From Octopus vulgaris (Eukaryota), in the NCBI GenBank assembly GCA_951406725.2, contig OX597819.1:27900001-27964000 (forward strand): a stretch of 64,000 nucleotides of DNA, read 5' to 3'. The notes beneath the pieces were generated by a model that ran no database searches, had not been told where the DNA came from, and worked only from the letters and a program-made list of their open reading frames with translations. Positions 38,425-51,135 of this stretch are shown here, in pieces. The number at the start of each line of letters is the position of its first letter. The stretch's first letter is position 1. The position numbers were made by a program, and so were the translations under genes.

Positions 38425-38771
38425 AACCGTGCCACCGGCACGGAGGCCAGGTGAGGCTGGCAATGGCCATCTGATTGTGGCCGTTGCCAGCCTCGCCTGG
38501 CCTCCATGCCGGTGGCATGTAAAAAGCACCATCCGATCGTAGCCGTTTGCCAGCCTCATCTGGCACTTGTGCCAGTGGCACGTAAAAAGCACCCACTACA
38601 CTCACGGAGTGGTTGGCGTTAGGAAGGGCATCCAGTCATAGAAACACTGCCAGATCAAACTGGGCCTGGTGCAGCCTTCTGGCTTCCCAGACCCCAGTTG
38701 AACCGTCCAACCCATGCTAGCATGGAAAGCGGACGTTAGATGATGGTTATGATGATGATGATGATGATGAT
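38425..38771 (+). mobile_element. Family-C repeat with (GAT)n tail
   Basis: Highly similar to 60470-60779; internal ggtggcaygtaaaaagcacc repeats. Confidence 0.9.
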
Positions 38772-39330
38772 AAAAGAAGTTGTAATGTATAACTAGTAAA
38801 TCCTGGTTCAAAGAAACTAATTTTTAGTCATAGTCCTGCATGTTATTCCGAATGGACATTCTCTCGCTTCCCCTTCCAGTCAAATGTGCATGCTCTTTAT
38901 ATCAACGTTATTTGCATAACAGAGGCATACTAATCTAAGTCTGAACAATCTTTCCAACAATATTTGACTTTCCTTTACTGAAGACTATTTGGAATTTGAC
39001 AAAAAAAAGAGAACATTCAGAAATGCATCAATAACATCTTTGTAAAAAGAAAGTAAGAAGACCTTTAGTGGCAAATATTCATCCTGAGCTTCACTCTTAG
39101 ATTTAATTTCAGTTCTTGCACTCATTGATATATGCATTGAGATGAATCAGGAAAAGGAATACTCTTTAAATAGATGAACTAATTTAAGAATTCCTCTTAA
39201 AATGAATACAAATCTCTGGATTGAAATGGTGAAGTCTAGTCAAGGTTAATCAAACATTCTGATTTGAAATCAACTCTGATGTTATTTAGCTTGTAGTCTA
39301 TAGAGAAAATATAGTAAAAAATCATAGATA

Positions 39331-39844
39331 TGAGGTCTGTTCAAAAAGTATCAGGACTGTTGCTACGGTAACAGAGCTAAAGTGTGCAGAGTGAATCCAC
39401 TTGGCACAGATTGACCTTGAACTCTGTCGTGCATGTGCACTAAGTTATAATTCTCTCACTCACTTCCATTGTTTATAGCAGTGCTTGGAAGTAAGGCATG
39501 TAGAGTGTAGTCGTCTCAAAAGAAGAGAGGGTTTCAGCTGTGCAGGATCTCCTTGATTGTGTCAAGGAAGGCAAAAACATTTCGAAAACGGTCATCGCAA
39601 AATCAAATCCCTTTTAAAGGAACAAGATTTCAAGACATTGTGCAAATCCTAGAGATTGTGATGAGGTAGCTGCTTGCTATCCCCCAAAAAGAGCTCCAGA
39701 AATGTTTCCATCAATGGAAACAATGCTGGATAAAGTGGGTGTGGCTTCAGAAGGGGACTACATTGAAAGAGATTAAATGCTGAATTGATGTGTGGTAGTT
39801 TTCTTTTCATAGCACTATTACTGATACTTTTTGATCAGACTTTG
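39331..39844 (+). mobile_element. Internally deleted mariner element
   Basis: TA|tgaggtctgttcaaaaagtatc ... gatactttttgatcagactttg|TA; C-terminal remnant LKGTRFQDI...FHQWKQCW...EGDYIE. Confidence 0.88.
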
Positions 39845-41371
39845 TATATCAAATGGCCATAGAAATTAGGTTTATAAGTCTGTAGTGTATAGAACAGAAT
39901 GGTTTCTTACTCTTAGTATCCCAGGGTCCATAGACAATGTGATGCGTAGTCAGAAATATATGTAAATATTCAGGTCAGATGTGTAATGCTGGGTTCAAAG
40001 AGCAGGAAAAGGGTAAAATTAAAAGGAAAAAAGGAAGGAGATCCATTTATGAATTGCTATCTAAAGATTAAAAAAAAAGTTATTTATATGTGATATGTGT
40101 ACTGGATTAATTAGATATTTAAATGTGATACACGTACTGAAATAATTAGCAGTAGAAACACACCTGAAATGAACTACTCTGATGGCTTGCTGGATGTTGT
40201 CAATAATTTCTGTTACCTAGGTAATTTAATTAGTGCTAATAAAAAGATAGGATGGTGTGGAAGAAATGAAGGGAGATCTGATGGAACAAAGAGACGTGGC
40301 TTTAATGATGTGAACATGATTGATTGGCTGTATGATGTTAAATTTAATGAAAGCAAAGCATAAGGACAACTGGTATTAAAAGCTTCATTAATTATATACA
40401 GAAGAGATGATTGTACTGATATATTCAGAGGTGTCACTTAAGGCAAGATTATACTGATGATTAAATATTATTTCTGATTATTTAATCACTTGCAATTCAA
40501 ACTATATGTGACATGAGAATTCTCTGCTCTTTCAAATATTTCTTACCAGCTAACAAAAACCAAGACTTGATGAGACCCTTGTTAGGGGATGGCATGTAGC
40601 CACATACCCTGTTGAAGTCAACTACCTCAGCTTTTCAGCTAGAACAGTGCACTGTTCCCTTCAGAAGATTGATCTGGAACCCAATCAAGTGAAGAAAGCC
40701 ACCAAGGAGATTGGCACATGGCAGCTGAAACCAGCTCAAGGTGGTTGTGATTGACAAGAGACCACATGTGAAGATAATTTAGTCCTTGCTGCCACAGTCT
40801 GGAGAAGTGTACAGGCTAAGGGATGGAATGCTTATAAACCTGAGATACCTGCTAATGATACTGAAATTACAATGGATTCAAAAGAGCTTGTCATACCTCT
40901 GAGTCAAGGACATATCTATCTCTCTGGTGCTATTATAAATAACAATGCATCCAATATGCTGTAAAGTTTTGTCGACGATATAATGCCTCTGTAACGTTGG
41001 TGCCATAAAAAAAAAGCTCTCTTTTAGGAATATCAGTAAGTAATAGTGATATGAAATTACAAATGCTGTGACCTGTCAGTGTTAGTGCTGAAATTCCAAT
41101 GCTATATTACAGGAATGGAAGGCAAGGCAACAGTAATTAATAGTCCAATGAAATTACAAATGCTGTGTCCTGTCAGTCAGATTTAGGTTTACTTGTCTTC
41201 CATGTGTGTATTATATAAGAGAAAAACATGTAATAATTGAAGTAGAAAAAAGATGGATTTGTTATATGAACTTCTGTTTGTTCTTGAAGTTGCAATCCAG
41301 CAACTTTTAGTGTTTGGTCCTGACTTTTATTAATGCTCATATTAAAACCAAGAAGCTAGAAAAGAAGGATA

Positions 41372-41770
41372 TCTTTATATATAAAAGTCAAGTTGTGTGT
41401 CTGTCTCCTACGATTTAGATTCCTAGCTACTCCCACATTTTGCAGTGCAGTTTAACCAAAACCGGGTATCTTATAGTCGTGATTCATATCAAGCCCTTCT
41501 GGGTATTAGTGCGCGTCTATGATGAGTCTACAATTTAAAAAAAAATTTACCATTATTTTTTTTCCATTTTAATGCATTTTTTCGCTATTATATAAGGGAA
41601 GTAACTCTCTAAAAATGTCTACGATGAGTCAACGATTTAAAAAAAAATTTACCATAATTTTTTTTCCATTTTTAATGCAATTTTTTGCTATTTTTGGGCT
41701 ATAACTCTCTAAAAATGCTTATATAGTTATTTCCCTTACAAACCCAAGCAACGCCGGGCGATACTGCTAG
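41372..41770 (+). mobile_element. Non-autonomous Helitron (short family)
   Basis: A|TC...hairpin...CTAG|T. Confidence 0.93.
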
Positions 41771-42156
41771 TATCATATAGAAGAATAGCTTTACAGAATC
41801 CAGATGACTGTGATAGACCTGAAAAGGCTACTAGTCAAATGGAACATCCATTTGTTGCTGTTCCTTTTGACGTTTGAATTGGTGGTGTATTGTGAATGAA
41901 GCTAGAAGAATAACTTTAGGGAATCCAGGTGACTGTGGAATGGCACTGAGGCCACAGGTGAAGTGGAAGACTCATTTGTCATGGTTTCTTTTGACAATTG
42001 AATAGGCTGTATGCCCAAGGAGAATTGAGAGATTCAGTTTCAAATCAGGGTGTTTATGTACAAGTGTGGCCTAGTTGCAATTCAGCAACTTTTAGTGTTT
42101 GGTCCTGACTTTTATTAATGCTCATATTAAAACCAAGAAGCTAGAAAAGAAGGATA

Positions 42157-42554
42157 TCTTTATATATAAAAGTCAAGTTGTGTGTCTGTCTCCTACGATT
42201 TAGATTCCTAGCTACTCCCACATTTTGCAGTGCAGTTTAACCAAAACCGGGTATCTTATAGTCGTGATTCATATCAAGCCCTTCTGGGTATTAGTGCGTG
42301 TCTATGATGAGTCTACAATTTAAAAAAAAATTTACCATTATTTTTTTTCCATTTTAATGCATTTTTCGCTATTATATAAGGGAAGTAACTCTCTAAAAAT
42401 GTCTACGATGAGTCAACGATTTAAAAAAAAATTTACCATAATTTTTTTTCCATTTTTAATGCAATTTTTTGCTATTTTGGGGCTATAACTCTCTAAAAAT
42501 GCTTATATAGTTATTTCCCTTACAAACCCAAGCAACGCCGGGCGATACTGCTAG
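42157..42554 (+). mobile_element. Non-autonomous Helitron (copy made by the tandem duplication)
   Basis: Same termini and same flanks as 41372-41770. Confidence 0.93.
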
Positions 42555-42849
42555 TATCATATAGAAGAATAGCTTTACAGAATCCAGATGACTGTGATAG
42601 CCCTGAAAAGGCTACTAGTCAAATGGAACATCCATTTGTTGCTGTTCCTTTTGACGTTTGAATTGGTGGTGTATTGTGAATGAAGCTAGAAGAATAACTT
42701 TAGGGAATCCAGGTGACTGTGGAATGGCACTGAGGCCACAGGTGAAGTGGAAGACTCATTTGTCATGGTTTCTTTTGACAATTGAATAGGCTGTATGCCC
42801 AAGGAGAATTGAGAGATTCAGTTTCAAATCAGGGTGTTTATGTACAAGT

Positions 42850-43257
42850 GTGGCCTAGTTGCAATTCAGCAACTTTTAGTGTTTGGTCCTGACTTTTATT
42901 AATGCTTATGGCAAAAGAAAGTGGGATAGGAAACTGTAAGGGCTTAAATTGGAATGGGACATTAGATGGTATAACTGGTATGTGAGGAATGAAGACAGTC
43001 TCACCTTTACCACAACCAGTGAGAATATTTGCCACAATGTAGTTCATCATAGGTTTGTGCACAATTAGTGTTGCCTCCTTTGAACCATTTACTTTCACTT
43101 TGTGGGATGTTTACCACAATCAGTGAGAATATTTGCCTCAATGCAGTTCATCATAGATTTGTGCATAATTAGTGTTGCCTCCCTTGAACCATTTACTTTC
43201 GCTTTATGGGACAAACAAACATACAAATGGACAGAATCTCTCTTTTATATATATAGA
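42850..43257 (-). mobile_element. Helitron 5' end with PIF1 helicase remnant
   Basis: Minus-strand start TCTATATATATAAAAG at 43257; ANILTGCGKGETVFIPHIPVIPSNVPFQFKPLQFPIPLSFAISINKSQDQTLKVA; internal tandem duplication of about 105 bp. Confidence 0.88.
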
Positions 43258-43289
43258 TGTAAGATATATATTTATATATATATAATAAA

Positions 43290-43555
43290 ATATTAGGGAA
43301 TAAATCCAAATTTACAGGGAAAAATCAGATTTAGGATTGAATCCAATTTTATAGTAAAATATTATATAATATTAATTAGAGACAAAACCACAAATTGAAG
43401 ACAGGAAACAATTGCACCTGATGAATGTCATTTGAAGACAGGAAACAATTGTAGTGGCGATTTATTTACTTTATATTAAAATTTTTTATGTATTGATTAA
43501 GTCTTTCCTTGTTTGATTTACAAAATAGTGGTTTTGTCTCTAATTAATATTATAT
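43290..43555. mobile_element. Penelope-like retroelement terminal remnant
   Basis: Inverted repeat attaattagagacaaaaccac / gtggttttgtctctaattaat enclosing a hammerhead motif, flanked by TA-rich runs. Family assignment is inference. Confidence 0.55.
43415..43456 (+). ncRNA. Candidate minimal type I hammerhead ribozyme
   Basis: CAC-CUGAUGA-A-UGUC(AUUUGAA)GACA-G-GAAA-CAAUUG-UA-GUG: both core boxes, 4-bp stem II, palindromic stem III, 3-bp stem I. Confidence 0.65.
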
Positions 43556-43639
43556 ATATATATAATATATATATATATATAATGTGTGTGTGTGTATTAA
43601 AGGATAATGATATATGCAATATTTTCCCCTTTATTTCAG

Positions 43640-43785
43640 GAGTACCTGCAAGAGCTTTCTCATCCTTAGTGGATCTTCCAGACACACACAAAATGCTGCA
43701 AGAAACATGTCATGAATTTGCTGAGAAAGAGTTGATGCCAGTAGCTGCTGAAATTGACAAATTAAAGAAGTTCCCAGCAGAACAG
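43640..43785 (+). CDS. ACADS: ACADS exon 2
   Basis: tttcag|...|gtttct; LPDTHKMLQETCHEFAEKELMPVAAEIDKLKKFPAEQ resembles SCAD [28 protein letters not shown]. Confidence 0.95.
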
Positions 43786-44588
43786 GTTTCTCAATTTATC
43801 TCTCCAAATGTTAGATGTAATTTAGTGGGGGATTAAATATCAAAACTCCCACACAACTTTGTTTCCCAACATCTCCCTTTTCCCCACCTATGATCACCAC
43901 CCATTGCAGATTCCTCCACTCTCCCTTTTATGCCTACCCACACACTCTCCATGCCCTCACATAGCTACCATAGCAACCCCCTGCCACTCCAGTTTCTCTC
44001 ACATGTTACAGTCATCTCTTGTCCATCTCTAAACATCCCCCTGTCCTCCTCTGTACCACCTGTATTTTCCCCACTGTATCTTGTGGATGTGTTTGAATGC
44101 ATCTTGAACACCATCTCTTTCTTTCTCTCACTCTGTCTATCTCTCTCTCTCTCTCTCTCTTTCTTTCTATCTCCCCTTCTTCTTTTTTTCCGTATTGGGT
44201 CAACCAAGTAACTCCTCTACAGTCTATCCCTCTATTATACTTCAACCTCTCAGCAAGCACAAAGCCACCCTCCTCAGTACCACTCCCTCTCAGCTGAGGC
44301 ATCTTTGTCTTGCAAGTTACTTGGTGACCCTGCTGGTGCTGGTGCCACATAGAAAAACAATACACTCTGTAAAGTGGTTGGCATTGGGAAGGGCATCCAG
44401 CCATAGAAACCATGCAGAAGCAGACAATCGAGCCTGATGCAGTTCACTGGCTTACCAACTTCTATCAAACCACCAATCCCATGCCAGCATGGAAGATAGA
44501 TACTAAATGATGATGATGCATTGTATAGCCTTTAATCTCTCATCCAAGCCCAAGTGTAGCTTTACCTACTGCTTCTTTACCAATTATA

Positions 44589-44990
44589 GGTGTAGGAGTG
44601 GCTGTGTGGTAAGTAGCTTGTTTACCAACCACATGGTTCCGGGTTCAATCCCACTGTGCAGCACCTTGGGCAAGTGTCTTCTATTAGAGCCTCGGATCAA
44701 CCAAAGCCTTGTGTGTGGATTTGGTAGATGGAAACTGAAAGAATCCCATCTTATATATGTATATATATATATGTGTGTGTATATGTTTGTGTGTCTTTGC
44801 TTGTCCCCCCAACATCGCTTGACAACTGATGCTGGTGTGTTTACGTCACCGTAACTTAGCGGTTCAGCAAAAGAGACCCATAGAATAAGTACTAGGCATA
44901 CAAAGAATAAGACCTGGGGTTGATTTGCTCGACTAAAGGCGGTGCTCCAGTTTGGCCACAGTCAAAATGACTGAAACAAGTAAAAGAGTA
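44589..44990 (+). mobile_element. Full-length family-A SINE
   Basis: A box gtggctgtgtgg, B box ggttcaatccc; collinear with 14940-15365. Confidence 0.9.
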
Positions 44991-45736
44991 ATTAGGCTCC
45001 TACCAATCTTATCCAAGTTCTTATCCAGAGATTTTTTCTTTTCATTTTGATAGTGTTGTTACTGCAGTGGCTACATTTTCTATCTATTCAGTTCTTTATG
45101 CATATTGTAGAACTTTTTATTACACTTAAGCCTGCATACCATGCCCACAAATAAAACCTTTAATATAACATGACATGATGGTATCCTAGCTATTAGTGAA
45201 AAGCTCTATGGTTTCTATTTTCAATAAATCTTACATTCTCTCTCTCTATTTACTATTCTATACAAAAGCTTCTCTTCCTATGCCTATTTCCAAGGTTATA
45301 CACCCAATCAAGAAGAGAAGCATTTATGTTATCTTGACCACAAATAATCATGTGAAACATTGCTGAGAAAGCAGGTTTACTGAGATAAACTACTGCATGT
45401 TACATGCTACTCATCCGGGGTCTCAGATAACTTTGATAGAAAGAAAATAATAACTTTTAACATCAACAAAATTGATAACTGATATCATGGATTTTTGTGT
45501 AACTTAGAAACAATAGACACTATTAACTTAGAAGAACCACATAATTTAATTATTTCCATGAACTTCTATTTTCTTTACATCCATGGACATACACTCTGTT
45601 GCTTCTATTAACTTCTATTTGATAATAATAGTTTCATACCAGGTATTTTACCAATCTTTCCTCCCTAGAACTATATTCTTTCGGAACTAATCCATACTCA
45701 ACTACTCTATTACTTTACAATATTTCAAAATAAAAT

Positions 45737-46085
45737 GGAACTGTGGTTGTGTGGTAAGAAAATTACTTCCCAATCACATGATCCTGGATTCAGTCCCACG
45801 GTGTGGCACCTCGGGCAAGTATCTTCTCCCATAGCCTTGAACTGGCCAAAGCCTTGCGAGTAGATTTGGTAGAGAGGATTTGTGTGTGTCTTTGTGTCTG
45901 TGTTTGTCCCCACTTCTACTGCTTGACAACCAGCAGTTCTGTAAGAGACAGCAATAGAATAAGTACAAGGCTTAAAAAATAAGAAAGTACTGGGGTTGAT
46001 TCATTTGACTAAAAGTTCTTCAAGGCAGTGCCCCAGCATGGCCACAATCTAATGCCTGGAACAAGTAGAAAATAAAAGATAAAGT
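45737..46085 (+). mobile_element. Diverged family-A SINE
   Basis: gtggttgtgtggtaag...ggcacctcgggcaagt...ccccagcatggccac. Confidence 0.8.
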
Positions 46086-46670
46086 AAATTTCACAAGCAG
46101 TTTACAAAATGAAGTAAGTTTAATATCATCTAACATTTCAGGCAGAGCTTTTAGTTGGAGAGAGATACAATGTTTATTGGTAGTGGTGGATCACAGTCTA
46201 TTGATCCAACACTGCTACAATCTATTTATCCCACAATACTACATTCTATTTATCGAAAATTATTAAAGTCTATTGATATCAATATAACAATGTATTCAAC
46301 ATTACTAGAATCTATTTGTCCAGTACTACTACAATTTATTTATCCAGAACTAATAGCAAAAATTAAATTTCTTTCCAACAAAAGGCTCTGTCTAAAATAC
46401 TATACTTCTCTTCTTTCTTCCTGCAAAAATAATTTATTCCATTTTGTGAAATTTTTGCACTTAGTATTTACCAACATAATCCATCACTAATTTCTTCTGA
46501 TTCTACTGTGTTGCACTTCTAAATTAATCTTAGTTTGGCCAAAGTCATTTGTCCCAAAACTTTGATCCAATAGGGCTTAAGAAGACAATAATCACTGCAC
46601 TTTCTCTTCTGTATAACAAATGAATAAATATATAAACAAACATTCATGCCAGCAGCATGTAAAGAGCACC

Positions 46671-46838
46671 TTTTGAGTGTTGGGACTCATGAAGGTAAAT
46701 TGGCTGAGTACCTTTTGAGCATTGGGTCTCACAGAAGTAAAGTGGCTGAGTTCCTTTCATGTGTTGGGCCTCAGGGAGGCAAAGCGGCTGAGTTCCATTC
46801 GAGTGCTGGGCCTCATGGAGGCAATGACTGAGACCTTT
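46671..46838 (+). repeat. Four 42-bp tandem units inside a family-C repeat
   Basis: Units of the form ttygagtgytgggyctcayggaggyaaagtggctgagttcc with an exact 42-nt period. Confidence 0.85.
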
Positions 46839-47187
46839 GGCATTATACTGTGCTTGAGAAGAAGACCCATCAAGCTGAGCAAAATCACAGTCGTGGCAGA
46901 TACTAGGGTTATGTAAATGGCACCTGTGCTGGTAACATGTAAAAGCACCCATTACACTCTCAGAGTGGTTGGCATTAGGAAAGGTGTGTGTGTGTGTGTA
47001 TATATTTATATATTAGAAGGTTTGGAGATGATGTACAGGTATTTTATATTAGAAGAAATGAGGTACTCAGAAATTTGGATGGTTTTATATTTACAGATAT
47101 TTATTTGTATATTACATGTTTTTATACATCATATAACTTATATCATATATTAGCGCTTTCGTCCATTCTGATGGATTTTTCAAATGG

Positions 47188-47235
<48 letters not shown>

Positions 47236-47273
47236 TAACAGAGATACATGGCATTGCTTGGTATTAAAATGGC

Positions 47274-47322
<49 letters not shown>

Positions 47323-48165
47323 CAGTTATGTTGAAACAGGTGATACAGAAAAGTGCAGCATTGACAATAAAACATTTGTGGAGTAAATAATGGGCTAATT
47401 CAGCTAAGCGACATGTCATGCTTCCATATTCCAGACCCTAGCTTCTCAGGGAAAATTGGTGTGGGGAGGGTATGTGCATGCCTTTGCTGATTTTGGAGAA
47501 AATCTCATCTCCCTTCTCCCTTGAGACTCCATTTGACATGCTGCAGAATGTGTTTGCTGATCTTGGGAAGTTTCATCTTCCTTCTCTATTGAGACTCCAT
47601 TAATTTAAGGGTAAATTTGTAATTGTAAATACCTTGCAACCTTGCAACTGCTGCAATAATTATTAACTGGTAACTGAATGGTAAATTTGTATTTTTATAT
47701 ACCTTGGACCTGCCACCTAATTGTTTTTTGTCGAGAGTTTCACCTGCAGCTGTTCGTTATGTCAGTCAACACACATACACTGACACACCATTCTGCTGTC
47801 ACGATGCCTAGACGGAAAGTTGCCAATGTGTAATATTGTTCACATAAGGATATAAATTATTCATTTATTTATCACAGAAGAATTAAAAATGAAAGAATAA
47901 AAGTGTAACAATATTATAGGCTTAGAATGATAAGTGAAAGAACAAAAGCGAAACAATATATCATGACATTACAATATAGATCTTATTCTTTCACTTTTGA
48001 CATGTAATACTGAACCAATGCCAATGTTATATTTTTTTTTTCCAAATGTAAAAAAAATACATGTTGATACTCACGGGATATGATACTATTACCTTGTAAA
48101 ATTTGATTTGATTTGGTCAAGCCGTTTAAGAATGCATAGGGAGCAGACAGACAGACAAAGAATTT

Positions 48166-48325
48166 TACTACACTCACGGAGTGGTTGGCGTTAGGAAGGG
48201 CATCCAGCTGTAGAAACATTGCCAGATAAGACTGGAGCCTGGTGCAGCCTTCTGGCTTCCCAGATCCCCGGTCGAACCGTCCAACCCATGCTAGCATGGA
48301 GAACGGACGTTAAACGATGATGATG
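48166..48325 (+). mobile_element. 5'-truncated family-C repeat
   Basis: actacactcacggagtggttggcgttagg...gatgatgatga. Confidence 0.9.
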
Positions 48326-49912
48326 AGACAAGGAAGTCAGTTTGTTGACAGAACTTACAAACCCCGTTTGAGTGTATAAAGCTCTAGAAAAAAATAGCTT
48401 GAGTGAAAAAACTCGAGCCACTTCAGGATAGCTTTTTCTAATGCATGACTGCTCAGTGGCATGGTTGAAACCTCATTGGTTAGCAATAATGGTTTATCAG
48501 CTGTATGTGGCCCATAGCAGTCATATGTACGCATGCATAACTGCACGCACAATGGTTTTTGATAGAGGGAGAAATGTAAATAGTATATTTAAATAAACGG
48601 AGTGTAAAAAATTTTAAATAAGTAATGTTGTAGGGAGAACATACTAATACCGTAAAGACAAAGCTATTTATGCATGACAAAACTGAAATACATTGAATTC
48701 AGTTTTTAGGAAGATGTGGCAAAACAGAATTTAAACACACTGGGTGAACAAAAGTTAAAAATAATTAAATTATTTTTCAGGGAGAACTTACAAAAACTGT
48801 AACGACAGAGACTTTTGTGTACAAACTAATTGAAATACACAGAAATCAATTTATAGGCAGAAGTTAGTATGTGAGTTAAAGAGAGAGAAACGGAGAGAAA
48901 CAGACATAGACTAAAAGAGAGGAACTATTACAGAGGGTAGATAAGAATATGTTTAAGCAAGAGAAACAGAGAATGAGAGAAGAGAGTAATAAACAAAGAG
49001 AGAAAAGGGAGAGGATCGGTCGAAAGCTGCAGAAGTTTTTTGAGAAAAACCCGTGTAAAACACTGTTTTTCCCAGATTCTCACTTTACATGGGAGCTCTG
49101 GGCAAAGTGTTATAGTACATGACCGTCTTTGGCACAGAAGTAATGTGTGTGTAAAGTTTGGTGAAAATCAATTGAAAACTGTAGAAATGCATACATACTA
49201 CACACACACGCATCCTTTGTTTTATATATATGTAGGTATATATACATATAGTAATAAATGACAGAAATATTTAGATGAATCTTTATTTAACGATAAAAAA
49301 TCTAAATACATATATGCATACAGGCACTGTAAAGTGGTTGGTGTTAGGCCATCCAGCCATAAAACCTATGCCAAAACAGACAGTGGAGCTTAGCACAGTC
49401 CTCTGGCTTACCAGCTACTGTCAAATTGTCCAACCTATACCAACATGGAAGACAGACGTTAACTGATGATGATGATGATGATGATATATATATACCTCTG
49501 TGTGTGAGTGTGTGTGTAATTATTTTGGTCATTTTGTTGACCAAAATTTAGATGGGGAGGGCACTAGAAAGATAGGGTATTTCCAATGCAGCACTCAACC
49601 CAAGTTTTATGCTACGTACACTGTCAGATTTCAGATTAATATCAAAATTTTTCAGGCATAGAAAATTCAGGTTTTACAATGGTAAAACAATTGTGTGGGC
49701 TTAACATAGAGTGAAATAAAATCCAAACGAAAAGACAGAGAAAGGCTTCGACATGTCTTTAATGATCTTTGATGATATGTAAATTTTCACTTGGAACTTT
49801 TGCGCATGAACTGGTGCTGAAAGCAGAATTACTACAGAAACAATTGCAACTGATCATTAAAAATGTGTTAACATCTCTTTCTCTTCTTATATGGATTATA
49901 TATATATAGAGA

Positions 49913-50094
49913 GAGAGTTTACGAAAAAAAACAACAAAAGACGAAGACAGGTGGTGTACAAAACAAACAGATGTATTAGTATAACGCTCAGGAATAGAAA
50001 AAGTCTTTTACGTTTCGAGCCTACGCTCTTCTACAGAAAGGGACACAGAAAACAAGGAGAGAAAAAAAATGTGTGTAGTGGCTAACGATCTATC
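49913..50094 (-). mobile_element. Penelope-like remnant with hammerhead-like motif, copy 1
   Basis: About 180 bp nearly identical to 51136-51314; minus strand ctgtagaagagcgtaggctcgaaacgta. Confidence 0.6.
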
Positions 50095-50108
50095 TATCTA
50101 TCTATCTA

Positions 50109-50148
<40 letters not shown>

Positions 50149-50222
50149 GTATATATGTATTTGTGTGTGTGTATGCTAACATAGTCACATTTATGTATAA
50201 TAATTTATCTTTTGACTTTCAG

Positions 50223-50372
50223 ATAAAAAAACTAGGGGACCTTGGTCTTTTGGCTATTACTATACCTTCAGAAGATGGTGGCACTGGATTAGATTCTCTT
50301 GCTTATGCTATAGCAATGGAAGAGATTAGTCGTGGTTGTGCTACATGTGGAGTTATTATGAGTGTCAATAAT
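50223..50372 (+). CDS. ACADS: ACADS exon 3
   Basis: tttcag|[50 protein letters not shown]|gtaagt; 150 nt, phase 0-0. Confidence 0.97.
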
Positions 50373-51135
50373 GTAAGTTTTCAAAATTCTTCCTTTTTTT
50401 TTTCTTTTTTTTTTTTGCCTTGTTAAAGATTCTCAAAAAATATGATTACTGCAATATTATAAATATTTCATTATTGTCCACTGAAATCATTAATATATAT
50501 TTTTTTTTCAGTGCTTAGTTTGTTCAGTTAGATTGCATCATATGAAGTCATAAATTACAAAATAGTTTGTAAAACCAAGTTAAATCAAGAGGATATACGT
50601 ACCTTTATGTAAATGTCAGAATAAAATTGGCACCCTGTCAGTTATGACAACTAGGGTTCCAGTTGATCTGATCAACAGAAATAGCCTGCTCAAGAAATTA
50701 ACATGTAACATATAAGTGACTGAGCACTCCACAGACATGCATACTCTTAACATAGTTCTCAGGCGGGATTCAGCATGACACAGAATGTGACAAGGCTAAT
50801 CCTTTGAAATACAGCTGAGTGGACTGGAGCAATGTGAAATACAGTGTCTTGTTCGAGGAAACAATCCACTGCCGGGAATCAAACTCACTACCTTACAATC
50901 ATGAGCCGAATACCCTAACCCCTAAGCCACACACCTTCAAATGTCAGAATAGTTTAAGCTTGACTAATAACAATCTCATCATTTGTATATTTGATGACAT
51001 GTTTTGAGCTATATTGCTGACACAATATATAAGGTAGCCCTGGGAGAGATTATAGCGATGCTAGAGTAGCGGAGTATAGGCATATGCTAACTACTAGAGG
51101 AAAGTTGGAAGTTAACCTCAGTTAAATTTTAAAGG

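Larger units (their letters stand above)
41288..42906 (+). repeat. Near-identical tandem duplication, 785/784-bp period
   Basis: agttgcaat(c/t)cagcaacttttagtgtttggtcctgacttttattaatgct starts at 41288, 42073 and 42857. Confidence 0.95.

Noticed and set aside
44589-44670. tRNA gene
   Set aside because: A and B boxes belong to a multi-copy SINE head that continues into SINE body; no complete cloverleaf.
46671-46838. CRISPR-like periodic array
   Set aside because: Contiguous 42-bp tandem units without unique spacers, inside a dispersed eukaryotic repeat; no cas genes.
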